Notes: generated from the sequence alone by a model not told the origin. Shown: positions 34,910-45,019, counted from the stretch's first letter. The stretch is 64,000 bases of DNA from an uncultured archaeon (GCA_963782915.1 CAWALK010000020.1:160001-224000), one strand, 5' to 3'. Program-made: numbers and translations.

Positions 34910-35698
34910 GCCTTGACACCCAATAGCTTTTCTGCTTGCTCAACCGACGCATTTTCATGCACAATTGCTGAAAGCGCCTTGGCAATTGCGGTTGGGTTGT
35001 CGCATTGGAACACATTGCGCCCAATGGATAAGTCCTGCTGCGCCTGCTTTGAGTGCATCAAAAGTGGTTTGCAGCACTTCCTGTGGCGATTTGCATTTGG
35101 GTCCACCCGCAATAACGACTGGGGCTGGGCAACTTTCAGTGACCATTTTGAAGGTGTCTATGTTGCCTGTGTAGTTGGTTTTGATGATGTCTGCGCCCAG
35201 TTCAGCGCCGATGCGGGCTGCGTGGGCGACTACTTCGACGGCGTGTTCGTTTTGGATTTTGGGTCCTCGTGGGTACATCATGGCGAGAAGTGGCAATCCG
35301 AAGGCATCGCATTCTTCCGCAACCTTGCCAAGGTTTGCCAGCATTTTGTCTTCGTCTTGTGCGCCAACGTTGACATGAACGGAGACTGCGTCTGCGCCTA
35401 TGCGGAGTGCTTCTTGTACGCTGCATACTTGGACTTTGGCGTTGACGTTTGGGCTCAGGTTTGACATGCCTGAGAGCATCACAATTAAGCCTGCGCCGTC
35501 TACGTCGATGCGTCTGGCGATGCCTTTGTGGACTAGGATGGCGTCGACTTTGCCTTTGATTAGTTGGTTGGTGATGGTTTGCATGTTAGTTATGCCCTGT
35601 ATGGGTCCGACGGTGACTCCGTGGTCCATTGGGACAATGACTGTGCGGTTGTCTTTTTGGAAGACCTGTTTTAGTCTGCGGGTTTTGCCTTCGTTCAT
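34906..35698 (-). CDS. ADH synthase (AroA', class I aldolase); frameshift ~35030
   Basis: IVPMDHG, MMYPRG, AELGADIIKT, VVIAGGPK, SIGRNVFQ; adjacent to AroB'. Confidence 0.9.
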
Positions 35699-35708
35699 AG
35701 TTCCACTT

Positions 35709-36952
35709 CTAATGTGTTTTAAGCGCGTTTTTAATTAACTTTAGCGCCTTCTCTTTCTCGTTCCAATCTACAAAAAGCAGAATACTCGATGTAATTGTTA
35801 ATATGCCGCTGATGTTTATGCCGTTAACGCGCAGGTCCTCGCTGATTTTGCCGATGATGCCCTGAGTTTCCTCTAAGCCGACTCCGCTGGTTTTGAGGAA
35901 GACAAGGTCTTTTTTGACTGCCATGGCTATGGTTTCTTTGTTGTTGATGGTGATGTCGTGGATTTGGTTGAAGAGTTTGCTGATATTCTCGGTTTGTGGG
36001 ACGTAGACGATGATGGAGTTGGTATTCATGGACATGCCTATGAGGCAGGTGTTTTCTTTGACTTTTTGAACGATTTCAGTAATGACTTGTGGATTCTTTG
36101 ACATGCCTTCGCCAATGACAGTGATTTCTGCGACTGGGCCTTCGTTGGCGATTTCGGCATCGAGTTCGGTTGCTAAGCCATCGGTTATGATAGTGCCGTT
36201 TTTGCTTAGGTCGTCGAGTTTGTTGCTCACGACTTTAACGTCTATGTCTTTAGGTTTGTACTTAAGCGCTTTATGTGGATGAATTTAGCGCCTGAATCTG
36301 CCAAACCGACCAATGTGTTGACGTTGATTGTTGGGAGCAGTTTTGGTTGAGCGATGATTTTGGGGTCGCTGGACATGATGCCCTCGGCATCGGTGACCAA
36401 GACGATTTGGTCGGCGTTTATGCCTTGGCCCATGAGGAAGGCTGTGGTGTCGCTTCCGCCCCTGCCAAGGGTGGTGATTTTGCCGTCTTTGGTTTTGCCG
36501 ATGAAGCCTGCGATGACTGGGATGGTGCCTGCTTCAACCAGTGGGAGGATGTTTTCTTTGATGTTTTTCTCGCATTCCTTAACCAGTGGATTTGCGTTCT
36601 GGAAGTTCTCATCCGTAACTATAGGCCATTTGGCATCCATTGGGTCAAAGTAGCATGCGTCAACGCCATTGTTTCGAAGGGCGGCGGCGAAGAGGCGTAT
36701 GCTTGTTCGTTCCCCCATCGAGAGGATGTCGTCTAATTCATGTTTTGCAAGTTTCCCATTCGAAGTGTTTTTTGCTGTGGCTAAAAGTTGGTCTGTGGTT
36801 TTACCCATAGCTGACACTACAACGGCGAGTTTAGTGCCTTTTTTGGATTCGTTAACGACTGCCATGACTGCTTTTAACATGCGTTCGTGATCAGCTAGGC
36901 TGGAACCGCCGAATTTAACCACAATTTTACGTTCAGAGAGTTGTCTTGTCAT
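35709..36952 (-). CDS. lysC: Second aspartate kinase heading the aromatic operon (frameshift ~36265)
   Basis: VVKFGGSSL, VVSAMG, SMGER, TTLGRGGSDTTA, two ACT-like C-terminal domains; GGGTG RBS at 36962-36966. Confidence 0.9.
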
Positions 36953-36974
36953 TTTATGTTGCACCCATTTCTTT

Positions 36975-37012
36975 GCCCAGAACCGTTCTCAAAAAATTTG
37001 TCAGTTCTGGGC
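36975..37012 (-). promoter_or_regulatory. Leader hairpin with U-tract loop between the leader ORF and the aromatic operon
   Basis: RNA GCCCAGAACUG-ACAAAUUUUUUGAGAA-CGGUUCUGGGC; 11-bp stem including one U-G pair. Confidence 0.7.
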
Positions 37013-37102
37013 TTAAGGAAAATAACTGTAATAATAAAAGCCGTAGTCGAAGCTGTGGAATTGTGCTGCGTTGAATTCGCTTTTGGCTTTAGCGTTGAGC
37101 AT
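37013..37102 (-). CDS. Putative Phe/Tyr-rich leader peptide (29 aa)
   Basis: MLNAKAKSEFNAAQFHSFDYGFYYYSYFP*, with 5 Phe and 5 Tyr; AGGT RBS-like motif upstream; lies between the promoter and the aro operon. Confidence 0.75.
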   Translation of the reverse strand: MLNAKAKSEFNAAQFHSFDYGFYYYSYFP

Positions 37103-37134
37103 AGCTTCGAACCTGTCCAATCACTCGCATCTTA

Positions 37135-37152
37135 GAAAATATAAGCGTTTCG
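37135..37152 (-). promoter_or_regulatory. BRE-TATA promoter of the leader/aromatic operon
   Basis: Minus strand CGAAACG-CTTATATTT, about 35-50 nt upstream of the leader ATG. Confidence 0.55.
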
Positions 37153-37169
37153 GATTAGAGCTTTTTAAC

Positions 37170-38900
37170 TTAAGCGATATCTTCAGGTTCTGCAGGCTCG
37201 ATGCATCTTCAGGCTTAGTCAACGGCGCCTGCGGTTTTTCTCTCTGCAAGCTCATTTAACCGCCTCCACAAGCGCCTTAGCTGTTTCTTTACGCACACCT
37301 GCAGAGTTATCGACCGCTTTGGTAGCAATGTCTTTTTCTAGCGTCTGCACCTTGCCCATTGCCGCTTGCTTCTTCTTCTCAAATTCAGCACGCAACTGCT
37401 CCATTTCATACGAGGAATTCTGTTCAGCTAACTGCAACCGTTTCTTTGCATCGAAGAATTTCTGTTCAGTTTCGAAGACTTGCTGCTGAATAGCGACTTT
37501 CTTGAGGGGGTTGCTTGTTTTGGTCATTTTTAATTTGGCGATTTCATTTGCCAAGTCATCGACGTTCTTGTTTAGCAAATCCATGGCGAACTTGCGTTTC
37601 TCTTCAAGCATTTTGGTTTGCGCTTCGAATTGTGATTCGATGTCGCCTGATTTGCCCGAATCCGTGGAGGATGTACCGACTGCCATTGCCAACCGTTTCT
37701 TAACAGAGTTTAATCTCTGGGTTAATTCGCTGACTTTCTGGTCCTGTGCCATCTTCTGCATGGGGTGCCGATAGCTGACTTTGACTGCTTGCGCCTCTGA
37801 CAGTTCTTTTTCGATGTTTGCCATGCTTCGCATGAAGGTTTCGATGGCGCTTGTGCCTTTCTCGACTAATTGTTTTGTTTGGGCAGCATGTTCCTCATCT
37901 ATTTTATTTAGCAAATAGCGGTTTTCTACCAGGGTTCTGTATGAGACTGCGATGTCTGCTTCGTTGGCTATTCTGTTGTCGAGTTCATCTTGGATTTGCC
38001 CAAAGATTTGGTTATATTGTGCGCTAAAGGTTTCGTCCGCGCCGATGGCTGTGTTGGATTCAAATGATAGGATGACTTGGCGGAGGTTTACCATCCAGTC
38101 GTCAAAGTATTTGCTCACTGGTTCCTGCTCGAAGACTTCGTCGCCTAACATGTCGAGGTAAGTTAAGGCTTCGGATGTGACTGATTCTATTTTGGCGTTT
38201 CTTTCCGCCAATAGCTCTATGGTTGGGTCTATCTGCGGTGGTTCCTCGACTTTGGGTGGCTCTTCTATGATTGGCTCTGGCTCTATTGGGGCTGGTTCTG
38301 GCTCAGGTATACTGATAGGTGGCTCAGCTGCGACTAGCGGGGATCGGGAGCGGTTCTGGCTCTATCACTGGCAACATGGGCTCTATTGCTGGAGGCATTG
38401 GAGCTGGAATCATTACGTGGGCTGTCTCGATAATTGGGGCTGTGTGCTTTGCGGAGTCTCTGGGCTGCAATCTCCAGCGTTAAAGCTTCAAACTTGGGCA
38501 CCAACTCATCAATAACTGCCATCATCAAATCGCGGTATTTGGCTTCGCTTAAATCAAGCAGTTCACGGCGCCCATCCACAAAAGTCAAAGCTAAATGCCC
38601 CGTGGGATGTATGAATGCTTTTTCGACTAATCCTAAATCGATGGGAATTATGGATGTGGAGACGGCAATGGAGGAAGTCCATGGCTCCATGTTGGATTTT
38701 AGGGATTTTAGAAAATGGGTGACGACAGAATTTTCTTGGTTGGTTAATTTGCTGATTTCTTGGATGTCTTCAGCGACGGTTTGGAATGTGCTGGCGATTT
38801 CTTCTATGCTAATCTGTTTCTTGCCAGGGTTGTTTAGGTGCTGCGCTGGGGTATGTGCTTGGTATTCTACGAATATGGTGTCTGCTGCATCTTGAGTCAT
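37170..38900 (-). CDS. Large coiled-coil hypothetical protein with Pro/Glu linker (frameshifted; probably one gene)
   Basis: ORFs 38334-38900 and 37252-38211 are joined by PEPEPAPIEPEP-type codons; helical C-half has an internal duplication. Confidence 0.6.
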
Positions 38901-39052
38901 GGCAAGACAAAGCCCATAATGTGGCTGCTGGGGATTAGCGGTTGGCGTGTCTCAGAATTTACACACACAAGGGTGTACAAAAAATAGCCGTTTGGATGAA
39001 TGCCCAAGAATTGTTGACTACTAAAAAAAAGAAAAAGGGATAAAAGATTTAC

Positions 39053-42000
39053 CTAAACTCGTCTGCGAAGCATCAACAGAATCGCTAAGCCCATGATGAC
39101 GACAACAATGATGATGACGACGCCTAATGGTAGCAGTATCTGATCAGCCATTGACGGTGCCGCAGTTGCTCCCGGTGAAGCTGTTGCTCCAGTTTCCATA
39201 ATGTTGAATACGCTGCTTCCGGTTGATGGCCAGTAGCCGTTTGTGCCTGGGAATGTTGCATAAACCGTATATTTACCTGCAATGTCCGGTTGCCATACTA
39301 GGTTGAATGCGCCCGTGATGTCGGTTTTAGTTGTGCCGACGGTTCTGTAGTTTCCGTTAGCATCTACAACGTTGATTGTTACGTCAACGCCTGTGAAGTT
39401 GCTTGGCATTGGTCGTTGTTGATAGATGTAGCCCATCCAGTCCTTCATGCTTGCGTCAGATGCAACTGGGACTCCGTAGGGGAATCTGGCTGCTTGTTGA
39501 TCTTGCTTTGTACCTGCGGAAACATCAAGAACTGTGCCTCTAATCACTACTGACTGTCCGAGGGTACCAGCTAGGTCTGGTGCTGACACCATTATTGCGC
39601 TTGGTCCTCTGCCTATGCTGTAGACTTGTTGATCGTAGCCATTCATGCAGGTTAGGTAGCCGTCTGCTGTGGCCCATGCTGATCCAGCGGTTGACCATTC
39701 GCTTGGGTAACCTGAAAGTTGCCATATTTCCTGTCCTGTAGATGCGTTGATTGCGCGGTAGGTGCAGCCTTTGTAGATTGGGTTTGGTACTGTGTGTTCG
39801 TCTGTTGCTGTGTAGACTACTCCGTTGGATATTGATTGTATCTGTGTTGGGTATGCTCCGTAGAAGACGTTGAATCCTGCGTTGGTGCTGTTTCCTGCGC
39901 CGCCGTTACCGTAAGTCCATTGTAGTTGGCCTGTTCTGTCGTTGTAGCAGTAGAGTATGCCTGAGAATGAGCTGACATAGATGTTTCCGTAAGCGATTAC
40001 GCCGCCTAGTGTGACGGTGCCTGGGTTTCCGTAATAGTCAAAGGCTGATTGAGGTGCGGTTGGACCCCACAGTTTGTTTCCTGTGTCAAGGTCGTATCCG
40101 ACCCACTGTATTGTGTCTTGTAGGGTGAAGGTGAAGACGCGTGTCTGGAAGTCAGCTGGTTCAGGAATCAAAGATACGTTGCCTGCTGGTGGATCGTAGG
40201 TTTTCGTCCACATGATTGAGCCTATTGTTCCTCTGGACGCGTTTAGATTGATGCCGAAGAATGTGTACGGAGCTTGTGGTGTGCCGGTTCCGCTGGCTGC
40301 GAATCCTGCCGGTAGAGCGCCACTTCTGCATAGTAACATGTCGCCGTAGTTAGCCGCAACAATAGTTGGTGCCGCTGCGCCAGTCATGCTGTTGAGTGAT
40401 GTTGGCAGTGATATGTTCCAGTCATAGGTGGATATGGATTGGGGGTACTTGCCAGTTGCACCTGAAGTAACAGGTGTTAATGGAACGCTTGCGTTAACTA
40501 TCAGTGTTGATCCGTATGGGGCCCACATGGTGTTGTTGCTTCCGCCAGGGCTGCCTGCAATGCTGCCAGGAACATAATTGAAGTAGTTGCCTGATACTGG
40601 GTCTCGTGCGTTTGGCGGCATTGTAACTGATTCGCCTGTAATTGGAACAGGAAGTTGTACAACGAGTGCGCCGTTGCTTGCGTTTAGGATTGACGGAGAT
40701 AGGCTTCCGCTGCCGGTGTAGGGGTTAATGTCGTATTGCCATAGTCTAGACATGTTCCATTGCGACAGATAGTAGATTGGGTTAGCATTTGTGCCTGCAT
40801 TGTATAGGTTATACTTTAGTGGTTCACCGCTTGGACCCATTACGGTTGTGCCTGCGGGTATAGCAGTTACATTGAATAGTGCATCGCCTGTTGCTGCATC
40901 GTACAAGTTCCACTGTGTTGATCCTGCCGCTCCAGGCGCTAGAGACGCTCCTGCTGGAACAACTGTACCGGGTGAAACAGTGACCTGTGCCACTAGAACA
41001 GCTGGGTAAACGCCATGTTGGTCAGGGTCCCAAAGGTTATAGATATAGCCGAATGATAGCTGTGGAATGTTCTGGTTGCTCCAGATTTCTTTGCCTGTGC
41101 GTAAGTCAATTGCGACTGTTGGTCCAGTTGAACTGCCGCCCATGATCGGTGAGCCAGTGAATGATGCTGTTTCAGTGTAGTATAGTATGCCTTGGATTAT
41201 GATGGGGAAGTAGAATCTTGGTGCATAGGATGAACCTTCGAAGTATGCGACTCCGTAAGCGTCTGAGTTAGGGTCTGAGCCGCCAGGTTGGAATTGGTTT
41301 CCGCCGACAACTCCTCCGAATTGAAGAGGTCTGGTCCACATAACGTGCGCTGTCAGTGGTCCTTGTGCGTCTGGGTGGTAGAGTCCTCCGTATCCGCCTG
41401 CGCTGCTCCAGCCTCCCACTGGGGGAGAGCCGTTGCCTAGCCAGTTGGATGAGATTTGCCACCAGTCAGTGTTTTCGCCGTAGATTGGACGGGACCAATA
41501 TTCTGTTGGAAGCGGATAACTTGTTATGGCTCCCGGTATCTGTTCCTGTTGCACAACTAGTGTCGTGTTTGCGGTGCTTGGCAAATATGTGTCGTTGAAG
41601 AGTATGGATTTTTCGTAGCCGTTGCCGTTTGCTCCGTAGACTTGTCCCGGGAAGTTGAATATGAACTGGTATGTGCCGATTTGGTCAGGGGTTACTGTGA
41701 CATATTGCGATGACGTTGGGTCCGTTACTGTGGCGAAAATCTGAGTTGTGACGTTGCCATCAGGTGCGATTGTTGTTAAGTTGAAGTTTTTGAATCGCCA
41801 ATTGTTTGAGAGCAATGCTGCGCTGGCCGTAGAACCGTTTGCTGGGTTAGCAGGGGTTGTTCCGCCGGCTATGTTTCCAGCGGCTCCACCGTAAACGGCG
41901 GAAAGCCACATGTAGACATGTGCAGTTTGGCCGACGCCGATTGGGCTAGGCGCTGCTGTGATGTATGCGTATGTTGGTATCTGCCATGGGGGTGTGTGTG

Positions 42001-42088
42001 CGTTTGTGTTGGGGGTTAAGATCATTGAGGTTGCTATTGATAGCATTAAGAGTAGGCTGAAAAATAGAGAAAATTTTCTTTTATTCAT
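39053..42088 (-). CDS. Large PQQ-like beta-propeller surface protein with C-terminal TM anchor
   Basis: Signal peptide, AIDLRTGKEIW / YDLDTGNKLW / AINASTGQEIW repeats, Ig-like C-terminal domain, TM + RRR. Confidence 0.88.
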   Translation of the reverse strand: MNKRKFSLFFSLLLMLSIATSMILTPNTNAHTPPWQIPTYAYITAAPSPIGVGQTAHVYMWLSAVYGGAAGNIAGGTTPANPANGSTASAALLSNNWRFKNFNLTTIAPDGNVTTQIFATVTDPTSSQYVTVTPDQIGTYQFIFNFPGQVYGANGNGYEKSILFNDTYLPSTANTTLVVQQEQIPGAITSYPLPTEYWSRPIYGENTDWWQISSNWLGNGSPPVGGWSSAGGYGGLYHPDAQGPLTAHVMWTRPLQFGGVVGGNQFQPGGSDPNSDAYGVAYFEGSSYAPRFYFPIIIQGILYYTETASFTGSPIMGGSSTGPTVAIDLRTGKEIWSNQNIPQLSFGYIYNLWDPDQHGVYPAVLVAQVTVSPGTVVPAGASLAPGAAGSTQWNLYDAATGDALFNVTAIPAGTTVMGPSGEPLKYNLYNAGTNANPIYYLSQWNMSRLWQYDINPYTGSGSLSPSILNASNGALVVQLPVPITGESVTMPPNARDPVSGNYFNYVPGSIAGSPGGSNNTMWAPYGSTLIVNASVPLTPVTSGATGKYPQSISTYDWNISLPTSLNSMTGAAAPTIVAANYGDMLLCRSGALPAGFAASGTGTPQAPYTFFGINLNASRGTIGSIMWTKTYDPPAGNVSLIPEPADFQTRVFTFTLQDTIQWVGYDLDTGNKLWGPTAPQSAFDYYGNPGTVTLGGVIAYGNIYVSSFSGILYCYNDRTGQLQWTYGNGGAGNSTNAGFNVFYGAYPTQIQSISNGVVYTATDEHTVPNPIYKGCTYRAINASTGQEIWQLSGYPSEWSTAGSAWATADGYLTCMNGYDQQVYSIGRGPSAIMVSAPDLAGTLGQSVVIRGTVLDVSAGTKQDQQAARFPYGVPVASDASMKDWMGYIYQQRPMPSNFTGVDVTINVVDANGNYRTVGTTKTDITGAFNLVWQPDIAGKYTVYATFPGTNGYWPSTGSSVFNIMETGATASPGATAAPSMADQILLPLGVVIIIVVVIMGLAILLMLRRRV

Positions 42089-42247
42089 TTTATTTCCTTC
42101 AAAAGTTTAGATGAGCTTTTCTTTTGGTTTGCCAAAAAAGTGCTCACTTAACAGGTATGTATAAGCGGAAACTGGTTAAAAAATCTATATGCTTGAACAG
42201 TTGAACTCTTCGTGTCACCGCTGTCTCGTATGTACATCTAACAGGCG

Positions 42248-42949
42248 CTAAACAACTTTAATTATTTGGGGAATCTTGCCAGCAGTCCCAACTTCACCCC
42301 TATAAATCACCATAACTCCCTCGACACCCTCAATCGCTAAACCCCTGCTGATGCCAGCTTGGATTGCTGCTTGGACATCCTCGCCTTTTACAACATTCCC
42401 AACAGCTGTTGCTGCCGCATCTGCTAAGGTAGCGTTTCTGCAAAAAACCGTTGCCGCCTCCGCATCACCAAAGCTTAATGCGTGGCTGAAGCGTCCGGAG
42501 CTGGTGGCGACGCCGATTGGGAACTCGGTTAATCTGAAGCCGAAGCGTTTTGAGAGGGGTTCTTCGCCTATTGCAACTGCTACGTCGACGGGTTGGTTTG
42601 ATTCTGCATAGATTTCTCCGCCGTTTTCAACCACTGCCACCATGCAGCCTGTGCGTTTCATGTCTTGGACTGCTAAGTCAGCTATGGCTCCTGCAACTGC
42701 CGCCATGGGTCCAACATCCGCTTTTTGTGCGGCTTCAGCCATCATTTTAGCAACCAGCGGCTTCTCAGGTGCAGGAATAGGCGTTAAGGTATAGAGAAAC
42801 TTGGGGTTAGCCCTGACATACAATTCGAGTTCTTGCCTGTTGCGCCTGATAGATTCTTTAGCTGCTTCGATGGCTTCCGGTTTATCGGAAATTAGGGTGC
42901 ATTGGCTTTCTTTTAGGGTAAATGCTATTTTGTGGAGGGGTATAGTCAA
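42248..42949 (-). CDS. UPF0280/COG2122 ApbE-like protein (MA1715-like)
   Basis: VGPMAAVAGAIAD, ENGGEI, ATSSG..HALSFG.A, ADAAATAVGN. Confidence 0.88.
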   Translation of the reverse strand: MTIPLHKIAFTLKESQCTLISDKPEAIEAAKESIRRNRQELELYVRANPKFLYTLTPIPAPEKPLVAKMMAEAAQKADVGPMAAVAGAIADLAVQDMKRTGCMVAVVENGGEIYAESNQPVDVAVAIGEEPLSKRFGFRLTEFPIGVATSSGRFSHALSFGDAEAATVFCRNATLADAAATAVGNVVKGEDVQAAIQAGISRGLAIEGVEGVMVIYRGEVGTAGKIPQIIKVV

Positions 42950-43389
42950 CTTTTCTTTACCCGATTGTTCGAGGAGTGATCGTTATTGTTGCCGTTGGGT
43001 TTGATTGATTTTATAGCTCTTGCGGGACAGGCATCAACGCAGATGCTACATGTGCTGCCAAGACACTTCTCCTTATCAAACTGAACCGTTGTGTCTTTGT
43101 CTAAGCTGATGGCTTCTACGGGACATAATGCGACGCAGGTGCCGCAGTTAAAGCATTTGTCACTGTTAACTTCGATAAGTTTAGGCACTGTTACGCTGAC
43201 GCCCCGTTTGCGGAAGGCTTCAACAACTTTCTGTTGGATGTCGTCGGGCACTTCGGCTAGGATTTCTCCGCCTTTACTGTTAATATGCGCTGAGAGAATC
43301 GCCATGGGTACTTTGTATTCGATGATGATTTGTGAAGCGATGGGTTCGGAAACTTGTGTTTCACTGAAGCGGATAAGTATTCTTCCCAT
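42946..43389 (-). CDS. NIL domain plus 2x[4Fe-4S] ferredoxin (MA1822-like)
   Basis: N-terminal NIL-like domain; CFNCGTCVALCP and CLGSTCSICVDACP. Confidence 0.85.
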   Translation of the reverse strand: MGRILIRFSETQVSEPIASQIIIEYKVPMAILSAHINSKGGEILAEVPDDIQQKVVEAFRKRGVSVTVPKLIEVNSDKCFNCGTCVALCPVEAISLDKDTTVQFDKEKCLGSTCSICVDACPARAIKSIKPNGNNNDHSSNNRVKKS

Positions 43390-43393
43390 ACCA

Positions 43394-44896
43394 CTACCTC
43401 CCCAGCAGCTTGGACACATCTTCTGAGGTGATGATGCCCAGCACTTTCTTTTCAATATCAACAACTGGTAAAGCGGAGATGTTGTGTTGTGCCATGCGTT
43501 TCGACGCAATCTCCAGTGGCTCATCAGGTTTGGCTGTGACTACATTGTGGGATTCGATGTCTGCTAAGGCTTTTTTGCCCTCTGCCATCGCTCTGGTTAT
43601 GTCCCATGAGGTGACGATGCCACGGAGTTTACCGGTTTCGTCCACTACGACGATGTGGTTGACTGATTTGGTGACTATGCGTTGGGCGATGGCTTGGATT
43701 TCTTCGTTTTCGGTACAGGTTACTGCCGGATGCATAACGGATACGACGAAGGGGATTTCTTCGGTTTGGCGCATCGGTTTGAAAACGGTGTTTGTGGGTA
43801 AGGTTTCGACTGGTGAGGTTAGGGTGAAGGTGCCTTCTTCAATCCACGACTTTAGGGTGCCTGCTACTTTTCTTGCCATTTTCAGGCTAGACAGGGAGCT
43901 GACGCGGACTTTTTTGCCGTTGATTGTTATAGCCCCTGATTTGAGGTCTTTGTAGCTGACTTGCCCAAACTTGGGACGGTCACGGCGGGGTACGCTGTAG
44001 TCGACGATGTCAGTGAAGATTTCGCTATCCCTAATTGCGGTTTTCTTGGCTAAGCCTATGTTAAGCATTGGGATTGGGATGCCTAAGCCAAGGTACATGG
44101 AGGTGCCGTATTTGGTGAAGCTGCCGCCCTGCAGGAACTCGGGTGACATTTTTTTGGCGTCACCTTTGACCATAAGGGTGCCGTTGAGATTTTTGGGGCT
44201 GTGCTGGGTGCCTTCTCCGATGACGTAGCCTTGGGCTCCTCCGAGGAAGATGCGGGTGCCCATTCCAATAGTTTCGTAGTTGGGGTCATTCATGAGTGGG
44301 TTGAGTTCGCCTGCGCCCGAGAAAGTGGCGTTTTTGAATCTGGGCAAAAGCTTACTCATGTAAGTGTAAATTACTTCGTCGCTGCTGTTTACCGCGCAGT
44401 TGTAACGTTGGTAGCCGTTGCGGAAGTTCAGCAGATAAAATTGGTTAAGGTCATCTTTGGTTAGGGTGGTTTTGACTGCTGTTCTTGGGTAACAGTCTGT
44501 GCCATAGGCTGTTGCTCTGAATTCGACTTCTTTGCCTGCGACAAGGTCCGAGATAACGTGGCCTCCGCCGTACTCACAGGGCTGCTTCTCAGACATGTTT
44601 GTAGCGCCCACAAATATGTCAACGGCTGCTCCCGGATGGCACACTTCAACGTCGTTGAGCCATGCCCTCTCGATTTTGATTGGTGGATCGGAGTGGCCGA
44701 GGTTTATGACTGCGCCTGAACTGCACATGGCGCCGAAAGTGCCGGTTGTAACTACATCAACTTCTTTGAAGGCGACTTCTACGCCGCTGTTTTCGACGAG
44801 TTTCTTCATTTCTTCAGCGGTTAAGACTTGGGCGTCGCCTTTGCGGATTTTATCATTTATCTCTTCTACTGTGCGAGTTTTGCCTTGTTGCGACAA
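43394..44896 (-). CDS. DUF39 + CBS homocysteine biosynthesis protein (aspartate-semialdehyde sulfurtransferase, MA1821/MJ0100-like)
   Basis: VDVVTTGTFGAMCSSG, YGGGHVI, YGTDCYPR, GELNPLMNDP, GEGTQH, tandem CBS domains. Confidence 0.92.
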   Translation of the reverse strand: MSQQGKTRTVEEINDKIRKGDAQVLTAEEMKKLVENSGVEVAFKEVDVVTTGTFGAMCSSGAVINLGHSDPPIKIERAWLNDVEVCHPGAAVDIFVGATNMSEKQPCEYGGGHVISDLVAGKEVEFRATAYGTDCYPRTAVKTTLTKDDLNQFYLLNFRNGYQRYNCAVNSSDEVIYTYMSKLLPRFKNATFSGAGELNPLMNDPNYETIGMGTRIFLGGAQGYVIGEGTQHSPKNLNGTLMVKGDAKKMSPEFLQGGSFTKYGTSMYLGLGIPIPMLNIGLAKKTAIRDSEIFTDIVDYSVPRRDRPKFGQVSYKDLKSGAITINGKKVRVSSLSSLKMARKVAGTLKSWIEEGTFTLTSPVETLPTNTVFKPMRQTEEIPFVVSVMHPAVTCTENEEIQAIAQRIVTKSVNHIVVVDETGKLRGIVTSWDITRAMAEGKKALADIESHNVVTAKPDEPLEIASKRMAQHNISALPVVDIEKKVLGIITSEDVSKLLGR

Positions 44897-45019
44897 AGTA
44901 GTAGCCTTTCCCTTGATGCCAATCAGGAGGCTAAGCGGGCATATATTATTTGCGCAAAAACAGCTGCTTTATCTTATAATGATGTTATAGCAAAGTATTG
45001 CCCAAAGTAACCAAATTTG

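Noticed and set aside
37089-37130. Overlapping ORF MRVIGQVRSYAQR as the aro leader
   Set aside because: Its ATG lies only about 8 nt from the TATA box, before the expected TSS, and it has no aromatic enrichment.
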